NCBI GenBank assembly: GCA_002479075.1
Contig: DLLG01000017.1
Coordinates: forward strand, 60,198 to 124,197
Source: Clostridiales bacterium UBA7568
GTDB lineage: Bacteria > Bacillota > Clostridia > Oscillospirales > CAG-272
DNA: 64,000 nt
Direction of reading: 5' to 3'
Shown: positions 30,468 to 40,040 of the stretch, one piece after another
Layout: the number at the start of each line of letters is the position of its first letter
How positions within the stretch are numbered: the stretch's first letter is position 1
Program-made: the position numbers and the translations under genes
The notes under the pieces: model-generated
Databases searched by the model: none
What the model saw: the letters and a program-made list of their open reading frames with translations, nothing else
Told to the model about the DNA's origin: nothing

Positions 30468-31682
30468 TCATTTTCCGCCGCGCAGAATGTCCCCTTCGGA
30501 CACCTCAAACGGCACGGAAACATAAAATTTCATATCCGGATGCGGCGCGCTCTCAATCTCTTCCCCGTTTTCATTATATATTTTGTCGACGGTAAACCCC
30601 CGTCCGAACTTTCCAGGAGAAACAATCTCCGCATATTCGCCCCTTGAGAGCTTGTTCTTCTGACGAAATCCGGTCAGTCCGTTCATCTTCTCTCCCGTCG
30701 CGACGGCAAGATACGCCTTGTCCCTGATGTAACCGAGGGAGGAGGTTGTCTGGGCGTTATCGCAGGGGGCTCCGTAAAAATAGCCCGTTGCGTATTCCCT
30801 GTGGCTTACCGATTCGAGCTCGTCCATCCAGCGGCTGTCAAAAACATAGCCCTCGCCGAGCTTTTCATAGCCGTCAATCGCCGCCCTGTACGCATTTGTG
30901 ACAACGGCTGTATAATATGCGCTTTTCATACGTCCCTCTATTTTGAATGACGATATTCCCGCCCTTATAAGTTCGGGAATATGGTCTACCATACAGAGAT
31001 CCTTTGAGCTCATTATGAACGTTCCGTCCGGCGTCTCTTCAATCGGCATAGGCGAATCCTTGCGCTTTTCCTCACTTATTGTATAGCTCCAACGGCAAGG
31101 CTGAGCGCACGCTCCGCGATTGCCGTCCCTGCCTGTCAGCGCATTTGAAAGCAGACATCTGCCGGAAAACGAAACGCACATCGACCCGTGCACAAAGGTT
31201 TCGATCTCAAAATCGTCCGGGACGTTTTTGCGGATTTCAATTATCTCGTCAAGCGAAAGTTCTCTTGCAAGCACGGCCCTTTTGGCTCCGAGCGACCGCC
31301 AGAAAAGGCAGTCCGCCGCGCTGACGATACCCGCCTGAGTTGAAACGTGTATCTCCGTTTCGGGCAGGACCTCCCTTGCAAGGGCAAACACCCCCGCGTC
31401 CGCGATTATGAGTGCGTCCGGCTTTATCTTTCCGAGAAACTCAAAATATTCGCGCAGGGCGGGATATTCGTTTGTCCTCGGCAATGTGTTTACGGTTATA
31501 TGCACCTTTTTCCCGAAGGAATGCGCATAGGCAATCGCCTCCGCCAGCTCCTCGTCCGTAAAGTTTTCGGCAGCACTTCGCATTCCGAAGCGTTTCCCCG
31601 CCAGATATACGGCGTCCGCCCCATAGCGGATCGCCGCCTTCATTTTTTCAAAATTCCCCGCAGGAGAAAGAAGTTCGGGCAT
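30468..31682 (-). CDS. Peptidase U32 family protein (RlhA/TrhP-type RNA hydroxylation family)
   Basis: MPELLSPAGN...GADAVY N-terminus and the E.F.HG..C...SGRC Cys motif. Confidence 0.85.
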   Translation of the reverse strand: MPELLSPAGNFEKMKAAIRYGADAVYLAGKRFGMRSAAENFTDEELAEAIAYAHSFGKKVHITVNTLPRTNEYPALREYFEFLGKIKPDALIIADAGVFALAREVLPETEIHVSTQAGIVSAADCLFWRSLGAKRAVLARELSLDEIIEIRKNVPDDFEIETFVHGSMCVSFSGRCLLSNALTGRDGNRGACAQPCRWSYTISEEKRKDSPMPIEETPDGTFIMSSKDLCMVDHIPELIRAGISSFKIEGRMKSAYYTAVVTNAYRAAIDGYEKLGEGYVFDSRWMDELESVSHREYATGYFYGAPCDNAQTTSSLGYIRDKAYLAVATGEKMNGLTGFRQKNKLSRGEYAEIVSPGKFGRGFTVDKIYNENGEEIESAPHPDMKFYVSVPFEVSEGDILRGGK

Positions 31683-31696
31683 TTATGAAAATCCTT

Positions 31697-32740
31697 TCAG
31701 TTATTTTTGTCTGCGGCGATCGCCTTCATATGCTCGGCATATGTTCTTGAAAACACCGCATTTTTATTTTTTGTGCAGATGAAATAATAGTAATCCGATT
31801 TTGCGGGCGAAATCGCCGCTTCGATTGCGTCAAGCCCCGGAGAGCATATCGCGCCGGGCGGAAGCCCCTGCACTCTGTATGTGTTATAGGGGGAATCGAT
31901 GTTCAGCTCCTCCTTTATCGGTGCGCCTGCCTTTTTTCCGCCACCTATGGCGTAAACGACAGTTGCGTCGCTTTCAAGCCTCGGCATAGAACGGGATGAG
32001 AGTCTGTTGTGAAAAACAGATGAAATATAAGGCATATCCGCTTTGTAATACGCCTCTTTTTCTATCATCGACGCAAGCGTCAGAATCTCGCCTATGGAAA
32101 ACCCGCTTTCCTCAGCCCTTTTTCTCATATCCGCGGTGAATCTGACATTGAAATTCTCAAGCATTTTATAGATCGCCTCGGTCTCCGTCGAATCGGAATA
32201 AAAATAATAAGTGTCCGGGAAAAGATAGCCTTCAAGGCGGTATATCCTGCCCTCCGACCGGATATTTTCGAGAAAGTCAAAACCGAAGTCAAAATCGTTT
32301 ATAACGGAGATGAATTTCTCCCTCTCGCCGATTCCGGCAGAAACGAAAATATCGATTATGCTTTCGACCGTGCTTCCCTCCGGAAACGTCAGCTTTATCT
32401 GCGTTCTTGCACCCTTTTTGCTTTTTATCGCGCGGCGCAGCTCGTCATAGCAGAGCGAAGAAGAAAGCGAAAATTCGCCGGAAAGATATTTTCCGTCGTC
32501 GCCGCGAAGCTTTGAATAAAGCTCGTATACAAGCGGGTATTTTATCAGCCCCGCTTTTTTATATATCTTTGCGACATCCGAAAGCCCTGCCCCCTCAGGA
32601 ACGGTAACCGTAACAGACGCCGCCCCCTCCTCTCCGAAGGCGAAAACCTCCTTCGTTGCAGACCAGATAAAAGCGGACAGAATGACCGAAATGAGCACCG
32701 CCCAGAACAGCACCCCGCCGCCGTTTGATTTTCTTTTCAA
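31697..32740 (-). CDS. mltG: Endolytic murein transglycosylase MltG (YceG-like)
   Basis: N-terminal TM segment. Motifs ASMIEKEA, SPYNTY and GLPPGAICSPG. Confidence 0.9.
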   Translation of the reverse strand: MKRKSNGGGVLFWAVLISVILSAFIWSATKEVFAFGEEGAASVTVTVPEGAGLSDVAKIYKKAGLIKYPLVYELYSKLRGDDGKYLSGEFSLSSSLCYDELRRAIKSKKGARTQIKLTFPEGSTVESIIDIFVSAGIGEREKFISVINDFDFGFDFLENIRSEGRIYRLEGYLFPDTYYFYSDSTETEAIYKMLENFNVRFTADMRKRAEESGFSIGEILTLASMIEKEAYYKADMPYISSVFHNRLSSRSMPRLESDATVVYAIGGGKKAGAPIKEELNIDSPYNTYRVQGLPPGAICSPGLDAIEAAISPAKSDYYYFICTKNKNAVFSRTYAEHMKAIAADKNN

Positions 32741-32811
32741 AATACGCTCCTCCGCAGAATTTTTTAATTATTCTGCGGAAAAATGCGGTTTTTATGCGGA
32801 AAAATTCTTTT

Positions 32812-33738
32812 TCAGAGAGCGTCTATAAGCGCAACGACGGCAAAAAGTCCGATCTCGATCAGCATAGGCTTTGCCGTAAAAACGGAAAGATAAGCGGAAA
32901 GCCTGTCCCCCTTTGAAACGGTTGCCGGCGGCTCGTCGCCATCCTCCGCACGCGTCCTTGCAATCTTTTCCGCAACTCCGAGAAAGACAAACGCAAAGAT
33001 CAGATAAAGCGCGATGAGTATCAGCCAGAAAAGCAATTCGCTATCCGGGTTTGAAGAAAACAACCAGACGTATTTCTCCCCGAAAAGGACGAATATGTTG
33101 TATGCGATATGTGCTATGACAGCCGTCATCGCAGAGCCCGTCAGAAAAACGGCAAAGCAAAGGAGCGCGCCGTCAAAAAAATAGATCGGAAACTGCGCAA
33201 AATCAAAATGGATGAATGCAAAAAGCAGCGACGACGCTATCGCCGAGCAAAAAAAGCCCGTTTTTGAATATTCCGAAAAAACTATGCCTCTGAAAACGAA
33301 TTCCTCCGCTATCGCAGGCACTATCGCAAGCGCAATTACAGGCAGAAGAATATCGAGCAGGCTCTCCGTTTTGACGGAAAAACTGCTTCCGTACAGCCTG
33401 TATGCCGAATAGTCGTAACCGAAATAGAAAACGCCGAATTTCAGGATACAGCTCTGAAGCATAAGCAAAACAGCGCAGAGCGTTGTAACGGCGAGACTCC
33501 TCTTCTTCGGAAACGACAGCCGTATTTTCCCGATAAGCCCCTTGCCGCGGATAAAGCAATAAAGCGCCGCAGGCACGCCGAATATCAGCAGATTCAAAAC
33601 GATTATCGCAACATAGCCCGCCACGGGACTTCCGATGCTCCCGAAATTCAGAAACGTCGGTACGATCATCAGCACGGATATTGTAAGTACAAGCAGAGGC
33701 GGCCCCGAAAGTCCGCCCTTGCTCTTATTTTTTTGCAT
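32812..33738 (-). CDS. CPBP family intramembrane glutamic endopeptidase
   Basis: EEFVFRG motif 1 and FAFIHF motif 2, in a multi-TM protein. Confidence 0.8.
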   Translation of the reverse strand: MQKNKSKGGLSGPPLLVLTISVLMIVPTFLNFGSIGSPVAGYVAIIVLNLLIFGVPAALYCFIRGKGLIGKIRLSFPKKRSLAVTTLCAVLLMLQSCILKFGVFYFGYDYSAYRLYGSSFSVKTESLLDILLPVIALAIVPAIAEEFVFRGIVFSEYSKTGFFCSAIASSLLFAFIHFDFAQFPIYFFDGALLCFAVFLTGSAMTAVIAHIAYNIFVLFGEKYVWLFSSNPDSELLFWLILIALYLIFAFVFLGVAEKIARTRAEDGDEPPATVSKGDRLSAYLSVFTAKPMLIEIGLFAVVALIDAL

Positions 33739-34312
33739 ATATTCCTCTTTCGGTTATAAGCACGTCTACCGCAAGATCAAAACGACCGTGCGGAACGGAA
33801 TTCGCTATAAAATCGGTGTACGCAACGCCGACCTTCGTTCCCTTGAAGGAGGAGAGGTATCTGTCGTAATAGCCGCCGCCGTAACCGATACGGTAGCCCT
33901 TTTTGTCATAAACTATGCCGGGGATTATGCAGATGACGTTCTTCTTTTCACATTCGTCCTTGTCAAACGCGGGAGCGTCGGCTTTCGGCTCAAGAAGACC
34001 GTATGTCGATTCCTCAAGCTCGTCAAGCGAGGTCACATAATGGAAAACCATACTTCTGTCCTCGGGATTGCAGCGCGGGAAAGCAACCTTCTTCCCCGCT
34101 TCGAGCGCGGCGATTGCGATCGGCTTTATATCGATCTCGTCCGCCTTCGGCATATAAAGAAGGAGCACATCCGCATAGCGGTATGTTGCGCTCGCAACAA
34201 CGTTCGAGCTGACTTTTGCGTCCTTTTCTGCCTTGACGCCGTCCTCGAGGGCACGGCGTTTTTCAATATAATATTCTCTTATTTCTGTTTTGTGTTTACG
34301 AATTTCATACAT
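33725..34312 (-). CDS. 5-formyltetrahydrofolate cyclo-ligase
   Basis: YRIGYGGGYYDRYL motif and family-typical length. Confidence 0.85.
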   Translation of the reverse strand: MYEIRKHKTEIREYYIEKRRALEDGVKAEKDAKVSSNVVASATYRYADVLLLYMPKADEIDIKPIAIAALEAGKKVAFPRCNPEDRSMVFHYVTSLDELEESTYGLLEPKADAPAFDKDECEKKNVICIIPGIVYDKKGYRIGYGGGYYDRYLSSFKGTKVGVAYTDFIANSVPHGRFDLAVDVLITERGIYAKK

Positions 34313-34317
34313 AATTT

Positions 34318-34866
34318 TCAGTCCGCCACTATACTTTTTCTTATTTTTCCGGCTGTTTCGAAGCCGAATAGAGCCTCTGTCAGGGCGAGCGCAAATTCAA
34401 CAGCCGCTCCGACTCCCGCTCCCGTGATTATTTTTCCGTCGCGGCAAACGTCGCCGCCCGTGTATATTGCGCCGCCGAGCCCGCTCTCCATTCCCGGATA
34501 GCACGTTGCGCTTCTGTTTTCGAGAAGTCCCAGCCCGCCGAGAATCGTCGGGGCTGCACATATCGCCGCAATGAATTTATCCTCATTTACCGCGCGACGT
34601 ATAAAATGCAGAACCTTCTCCGATTTTCCGAGGTATTTCGTCCCCGGCATTCCTCCGGGAAGAACGACCATATCAAAGTCCGCTGCGTCCGCAAGCTCCG
34701 TCTCCGCTATATCCGCTTTGACGGTTATCCCGTGCGCGCCGGTGCGCATTACGCCGCCGACGCCGCAGATTGTGACCTCCGCGCCCGCTCTGCGAAGAAT
34801 ATCGGCAGGGGTCAACGCTTCGACCTCCTCCGTCCCCTCCGCGAAGAATAAAATTACTTTTTTCAT
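34318..34866 (-). CDS. DJ-1/PfpI family protein
   Basis: Nucleophile elbow AAICAAP and VLPGG motif. Confidence 0.85.
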   Translation of the reverse strand: MKKVILFFAEGTEEVEALTPADILRRAGAEVTICGVGGVMRTGAHGITVKADIAETELADAADFDMVVLPGGMPGTKYLGKSEKVLHFIRRAVNEDKFIAAICAAPTILGGLGLLENRSATCYPGMESGLGGAIYTGGDVCRDGKIITGAGVGAAVEFALALTEALFGFETAGKIRKSIVAD

Positions 34867-34871
34867 AAGTA

Positions 34872-35552
34872 TCACTTCCCGTTTATATCAAGGAGCATCG
34901 TTGCTTCTTCAAGAATTTTCCCCGCAATCTCGTCCTCTGAGAGAGGATCCTTGCCGTCATAGCAGACAATCCTCTTCCAGCCCAGCTTGTCGCAGGCGTA
35001 AAGCGCAGCTTTATAGCTTCTGTGCATATAGTCCGGATCGAGCTCGTGAATATCCTGCTTCTGACCCGTTTCCTCGCTGCGTCTTCTGACAAGCTCAAGC
35101 GAGATCTCCGGCTTCATTTCAAGAAACATAACTATGTCCGGCGCGGGAATTCCGAGCTTGTTGTATTCAAAATCGAAAAGCCACGAAAGATACTCGTCCC
35201 AGTCCTCTCTGTCCGTTTTTTCAAGCTGATGAACGGCGTTTGAGGTTGTGTATCTGTTTGTGATTATAACGGAATCGGGATCGTCATAAAACTCTTTCCA
35301 TTTGCATTTGTACGAAGCGTACCTGTCAACGGCGAAGAATGTCGAAGCCGCATAAGCGTTGACAGCCTCCGGATCTGTCCCGAATTCCCCTCCGAGATAC
35401 ATTTTGACAAGCGCAGAGGATTGACTGTCATAATCCGGGAAGGATATCATCCTCACATTCTTCCCCTGCGATACAAGCTCGTCATAAAGCCTTTGGCTTT
35501 GCGTTGTTTTTCCCGAGCCATCAAGCCCGTCAATAACTATCAGTTTCCCCAC
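34872..35552 (-). CDS. Thymidylate-kinase family nucleotide kinase
   Basis: P-loop IDGLDGSGKTTQ and DRY-like motif. The substrate is not certain. Confidence 0.7.
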   Translation of the reverse strand: MGKLIVIDGLDGSGKTTQSQRLYDELVSQGKNVRMISFPDYDSQSSALVKMYLGGEFGTDPEAVNAYAASTFFAVDRYASYKCKWKEFYDDPDSVIITNRYTTSNAVHQLEKTDREDWDEYLSWLFDFEYNKLGIPAPDIVMFLEMKPEISLELVRRRSEETGQKQDIHELDPDYMHRSYKAALYACDKLGWKRIVCYDGKDPLSEDEIAGKILEEATMLLDINGK

Positions 35553-38218
35553 GGAGCATCATCCTCCTCGTTTTCATTTGTTTCCCCGCCGCTTCTCATC
35601 TGCATTTCGTAATATTGCTCGCGCGTTATCAGCACCGACCTCGGCTTCTGCCCGTCCGGCGGGCTGACTATCCCGCGGCGCTCCATCACGTCGATCAGCT
35701 TTGCCGCTCTGCCGTAGCCAAGAGAGAGGCGACGCTGGATGAGAGACGTTGATATTTTCTTTTCGTCTATCGCAAGCTCGATTGCCGCGCCGAGCATATT
35801 ATCCTCGGGCGAGTCTCCGTCGTCATCGTCTCCGGAACCTGCGGACTGAGCCTTGCTCTTCTTGCCGCAAAGCTCGGCTTCTTTGTTTATTGAGTCAACT
35901 ATCTTGCTGTCATACTCGCCGGTTTCGCTGTGTTCCTTGATGAAGGCGATGATCTCGTCTATCTCGTTTTCATCGACATACGCGCCCTGAACACGCACAG
36001 GCGACATCGATCCGACCGGCGAAAACAGCATATCGCCCCTGCCTATCAGCTTTTCCGCGCCGGCAGAGTCAAGTATCGTTCTTGAGTCTATCTGCGAGGA
36101 GACCTTGCAGGCAATACGGGACGGAATATTTGATTTGATAGTACCCGTGATAACGTCAACGGAGGGACGCTGCGTACCGATAATAAGGTGCATTCCCGCC
36201 GCTCTTGCCTTCGCCGCTATACGGTTTATCGAGGTTTCAACGTCATCTGGAGCCGCAAGCATAAGATCCGCAAGCTCGTCTATTACTATGACGATCTGCG
36301 GCAGCTTTTCGGCTGTCGGGTCGTTCTTTGTCGCCTCGTTGTACTGGGCGAGGTTTTTCTTTCCCGTCGATTCGAGAATATCATAGCGACGTTCCATCTC
36401 CGTAACAGCCCAGTGCAAGGCGCCGGCTGCCTTTTTCGGATCGAACACAACGGGAACAAGAAGATGCGGAATACCGTTGTACATACTGAACTCGACCTTC
36501 TTCGGGTCAATGAAGATAAACTTGACCTCGTCCGGACGAGCCTTATAAAGAATGCTGACGACTATCGAATTCATACACACGGACTTACCCATACCGGTTG
36601 CGCCCGCGATAAGCAGATGCGGCATTTTTGCAACGTCGAGATAAACCTTTGCTCCCGCAAGGTCGATTCCGAGCCCCGCCGTCACCTTGCTCTTTGCGTT
36701 TCTGAATTCCTCGCAGTCTATAAGCGAGCGGAGGTAGACCGTTGAAACGTTCTTGTTCGGCACCTCTATTCCGATCGCGCTCTTTCCGGGGATGACACCC
36801 GAAATACGAACAGTAGACGCAAGGCTCAGGGAAATATCGTCCGAGCGGTTCATTATTGCAGAGACCTTTGTTCCCTGCTTCGGCGCGATTTCATACCTCG
36901 TTACCGCAGGCCCTCTCGAAATATCGACAAGCTCCGTATGAATATTGAACTCGTCGAGCGTTTCGATAATCTTTTTTGCATTCAGCTCCATCTCCCGCTT
37001 CGAATCGCCGCCGGTCTGCTCCTTGTATTGAAGAAGCTCGACAGGGGGGAAAACATAATCCGGAACTTCGGGCTCCGGCGGCGGAAGGATTATCGGCTCC
37101 GGGGCAGGCTTCTGCTCCTTTGCGGGTCTTGTCCTTCTCGGAGAAACGGTCTCCTTCTTGACCTTTATTTCAGCCTGCGCCTCGGAGGCGTCGGCGTCGT
37201 AATAATCGTCAGACTTTGACGAGAACTTTTCCATAGCCTCTTTGCTCTCGGGCTGGTCGAAAATGTCGTCAAGTTCCAGATCGTCCTCGTTTACAGTCAC
37301 AGGAAGAATCGTCTCCGTGCGGACGTTTTTCTCCTTTTCGGATTCCTCTTCAAAATAGTCCTTCAAGCCGTCGTCATATTTTTCTTCGCCTGCGGCGGGC
37401 TTTTGGCCACGGTCGCCTGAGCCGCTCTCGTCATAAAAGAGATCCTCTTCTATATCGCCCCTGTGCCGCTGCGGCTTCTCCGCCCTGCGGACAGGAACCT
37501 CGGGAGCCTTCTCGCGACTTTTCTCCTGCGCCTGCTCTCTCTTCTTTTTCTTGTTCTCTTCTCTGCGCTCCATTCTGTGAACGGCATAAAACTTTGCCCT
37601 TTCCCAGAACATAGCGGGCGTCAGCCCGAAGAGGAATATCGATATGATTATAAAGAACACGAGCGAGAAAATAAGTACGCCGACATCGCCGATTCCTTTT
37701 GCGAAAAACAGCTCACAGCTTCCACCGACGGCCCCACCGCCGACAAGCCTTTGCCCGTTCTCGAAAAGCACGGAAGCAGTCTCGTCCTCTTTAACCATAT
37801 CAAACAATCTGAGTATGGAATGAACGGTCATTGAAAGGAAGAACACCGTAAGGACGGAAAAGCTCCATTTATAATGCACGGCTCCCGTCCCGACGTCGCG
37901 CTTGTGAAAGATTGCGTGGTTCAGTATAAGGAAAGGAATGATTATCGCCGAGCCTCCGAACGCTCCGAAAAGCCCCTCGAAGAGAAACTTTCCGATAACG
38001 CCGCCGGCGCTGGGTAGTATAAAGCATATCCCAACGAACAGCGCAAGCGCGAAAAGCACAATCGTCATCACCTGATTTCCGATCGATGAAGGATTCGCCG
38101 GCGCTTTCTCCTTTTTTTCCTTCTTCCCGTTTACCTCTTCCTCGATGATATCATCTTTTTTGTTTTTGTCATTCCTTGTTTTTTTATTTCCGGACAATTT
38201 GTCATTCCTCCGTTTCAT
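35540..38218 (-). CDS. ftsK: DNA translocase FtsK
   Basis: N-terminal TM domain, charged linker, motor domain with Walker A AGATGMGKS, and a gamma winged helix (LGYGRAAKLIDVME). Confidence 0.93.
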   Translation of the reverse strand: MKRRNDKLSGNKKTRNDKNKKDDIIEEEVNGKKEKKEKAPANPSSIGNQVMTIVLFALALFVGICFILPSAGGVIGKFLFEGLFGAFGGSAIIIPFLILNHAIFHKRDVGTGAVHYKWSFSVLTVFFLSMTVHSILRLFDMVKEDETASVLFENGQRLVGGGAVGGSCELFFAKGIGDVGVLIFSLVFFIIISIFLFGLTPAMFWERAKFYAVHRMERREENKKKKREQAQEKSREKAPEVPVRRAEKPQRHRGDIEEDLFYDESGSGDRGQKPAAGEEKYDDGLKDYFEEESEKEKNVRTETILPVTVNEDDLELDDIFDQPESKEAMEKFSSKSDDYYDADASEAQAEIKVKKETVSPRRTRPAKEQKPAPEPIILPPPEPEVPDYVFPPVELLQYKEQTGGDSKREMELNAKKIIETLDEFNIHTELVDISRGPAVTRYEIAPKQGTKVSAIMNRSDDISLSLASTVRISGVIPGKSAIGIEVPNKNVSTVYLRSLIDCEEFRNAKSKVTAGLGIDLAGAKVYLDVAKMPHLLIAGATGMGKSVCMNSIVVSILYKARPDEVKFIFIDPKKVEFSMYNGIPHLLVPVVFDPKKAAGALHWAVTEMERRYDILESTGKKNLAQYNEATKNDPTAEKLPQIVIVIDELADLMLAAPDDVETSINRIAAKARAAGMHLIIGTQRPSVDVITGTIKSNIPSRIACKVSSQIDSRTILDSAGAEKLIGRGDMLFSPVGSMSPVRVQGAYVDENEIDEIIAFIKEHSETGEYDSKIVDSINKEAELCGKKSKAQSAGSGDDDDGDSPEDNMLGAAIELAIDEKKISTSLIQRRLSLGYGRAAKLIDVMERRGIVSPPDGQKPRSVLITREQYYEMQMRSGGETNENEEDDAPWGN

Positions 38219-38224
38219 ATGTTT

Positions 38225-39043
38225 TTATCCGAGTATCGCCGCCGCAAGACCGACGGCAAAGCAGTATATCGAAAAGTATGAAAATCTGTCTTTTTTCGCA
38301 ATGAAGTCTATCAGCTTCAAGGCAAAAAATCCGGTCACCGCGGCACATATCATTCCCGCGGCATATATCCCGAGCTGCGACGTCTCAACCGGCGTTTTAA
38401 GGGTATCGACGGCGCTGATGATGTTTGCGCCGATTATCGCCGGCAGCGACATTATAAAGGAAAACCTCACCGCCTGCGTTCTTTCAAGCCCGCAGAGAAG
38501 CCCTCCGGTTATCGTCATTCCGGAACGCGAAAGCCCCGGCACGACAGCCGCAAGCTGAAACGCTCCGACGGCAAACGCCCTTCCTGCGCCGAGCTCCTCC
38601 GCTCTCCTTTTTCCCCTTCCGAGTCTGTCGCCGAGAAGAAGAATGAGCCCGTTTATAATAAGAAGAATACCGATCGCCCTCGGATTTGCCGCAACGCCCA
38701 ATGCGCCGTCCTTTATGAAAAACGCAAACGCAAGGGGAACCGTCGCAAAGATTATATAAAGCGCAAATCTCTCCGTTCCGGAAAGCTCCTTTGCCCTGCC
38801 GGAAAACAGCTTTCCGAGCATTGTGAAAAAAGCCCCGATTAGCGAAAACACATCTCTTGAATAAACGCAGACGACCGCTGCAAGCGTCGCAAGATGCAGC
38901 ATTATATCAAATGTCAGACAGGCTTCCGGGTCGGCAATGCCGAAAAGCGAATGCAAAAGCGAGAGATGACCCGAGCTTGAGATCGGCAAAAACTCCGCCG
39001 CCCCCTGAACAATTCCGCAAATGACAGCTTCAATCAAAGTCAT
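38225..39043 (-). CDS. uppP: Undecaprenyl-diphosphate phosphatase
   Basis: EFLPISSSGHL and PGLSRSGMTI motifs. Confidence 0.93.
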   Translation of the reverse strand: MTLIEAVICGIVQGAAEFLPISSSGHLSLLHSLFGIADPEACLTFDIMLHLATLAAVVCVYSRDVFSLIGAFFTMLGKLFSGRAKELSGTERFALYIIFATVPLAFAFFIKDGALGVAANPRAIGILLIINGLILLLGDRLGRGKRRAEELGAGRAFAVGAFQLAAVVPGLSRSGMTITGGLLCGLERTQAVRFSFIMSLPAIIGANIISAVDTLKTPVETSQLGIYAAGMICAAVTGFFALKLIDFIAKKDRFSYFSIYCFAVGLAAAILG

Positions 39044-39165
39044 AAAGACCGCCTTTCAGCTATAATCTCTCTGCCAAAGAGGAATATTCTTCCGCCAGTA
39101 TAACAAAGTAATTATAGCACAGAATAAAATAAAATACAACCGAAAAATAAGGAAATAAAAATAAA

Positions 39166-39570
39166 ATGAATGAAAATATTCTTTCCCGCTCCGAAACAAG
39201 AAAGAGAACGGCGCTTTTCGCTCTTGCGGGCGTTCTTTCGGGCGTAGTCAACGGTCTGCTCGGCACGGGCGGAGGAATACTGACCGTTCTCTTCCTTTCA
39301 AAAATATATGCAAAAGAAAAGATATACAGTACAAAAGATATTTTTGCCATAACCCTCTGCGCTTCGCTGATAATGTCGGTAGCTTCCCTCTTCTTTTATC
39401 TTTCCGAGGGCTTTTCAGAGCTTTCGGCCTCCGCCCCGTATATGCTCGCCGCCGTTCCGGGGGGCGTCATCGGCGCAATACTGCTCGACAAACTGAATTC
39501 AAAGACGATGAAAATCATCTTCGCGCTACTTGTCATCTGGGCGGGCATAGGGATGATCGTCAAGCTATGA
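39166..39570 (+). CDS. TSUP (TauE/SafE) family transporter, N-terminal 4-TM half as a separate gene
   Basis: GLLGTGGGIL motif and four TM segments. The stop overlaps the next start as ATGA. Confidence 0.7.
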   Translation: MNENILSRSETRKRTALFALAGVLSGVVNGLLGTGGGILTVLFLSKIYAKEKIYSTKDIFAITLCASLIMSVASLFFYLSEGFSELSASAPYMLAAVPGGVIGAILLDKLNSKTMKIIFALLVIWAGIGMIVKL

Positions 39571-39917
39571 AGATACTCGATGTTGTCGTTTCGCTTGTTG
39601 CCTCCGCCCTTGCCGGAACGGGAGTCGGCGGAGGGGGACTGCTCGTCATCTATCTGACGCTCGCCCGCGGCGCAGAACAACTGGCAGCCCAGAGCATAAA
39701 CCTTTCTTTTTTCGTTTCGGGAGCCGCGGCGGCTGTGCCGATTCATATAAAGAAAAGGAACATTGATTCGCTCGCGGTTATTTTCATCGGTGCGTTCGGA
39801 ATCGTCGGTGCTTTTTTGGGGCTGACGATTGCAAAGAGCATAAGCCCTTCTCTCCTCCGCAAATTTTTCGGGGTCTTTCTTGTAATCTGCGGAATGAAAA
39901 GCCTGAAAAACGCCTGA
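39567..39917 (+). CDS. TSUP (TauE/SafE) family transporter, C-terminal 4-TM half as a separate gene
   Basis: GTGVGGGGLLVI motif and four TM segments. Confidence 0.7.
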   Translation: MKILDVVVSLVASALAGTGVGGGGLLVIYLTLARGAEQLAAQSINLSFFVSGAAAAVPIHIKKRNIDSLAVIFIGAFGIVGAFLGLTIAKSISPSLLRKFFGVFLVICGMKSLKNA

Positions 39918-39954
39918 ATTCAAAATTACTTTACAAAACAAATCCCGATTACTG

Positions 39955-39983
39955 TTGCAAATGTAATTATATTATGATATAAT
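39955..39983 (+). promoter_or_regulatory. Sigma-A-type promoter of the LRR protein gene
   Basis: TTGCAA, 17-nt spacer, TATAAT, with an upstream TG. Confidence 0.55.
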
Positions 39984-40040
39984 ATTACAGATTTTAGACT
40001 TTCTCATTTCAAACGGCAATAAAAAAGAAAGGCACAGAAA

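Noticed and set aside
30447-30470. Perfect 9-bp-arm palindrome TGATAATTT-N6-AAATTATCA upstream of pgk, considered as a glycolytic regulator operator.
   Set aside because: It overlaps the stop codon of the U32 gene and is followed by a U-rich tract on the minus strand. It is therefore most simply that gene's terminator. No regulator gene (for example cggR) is adjacent.
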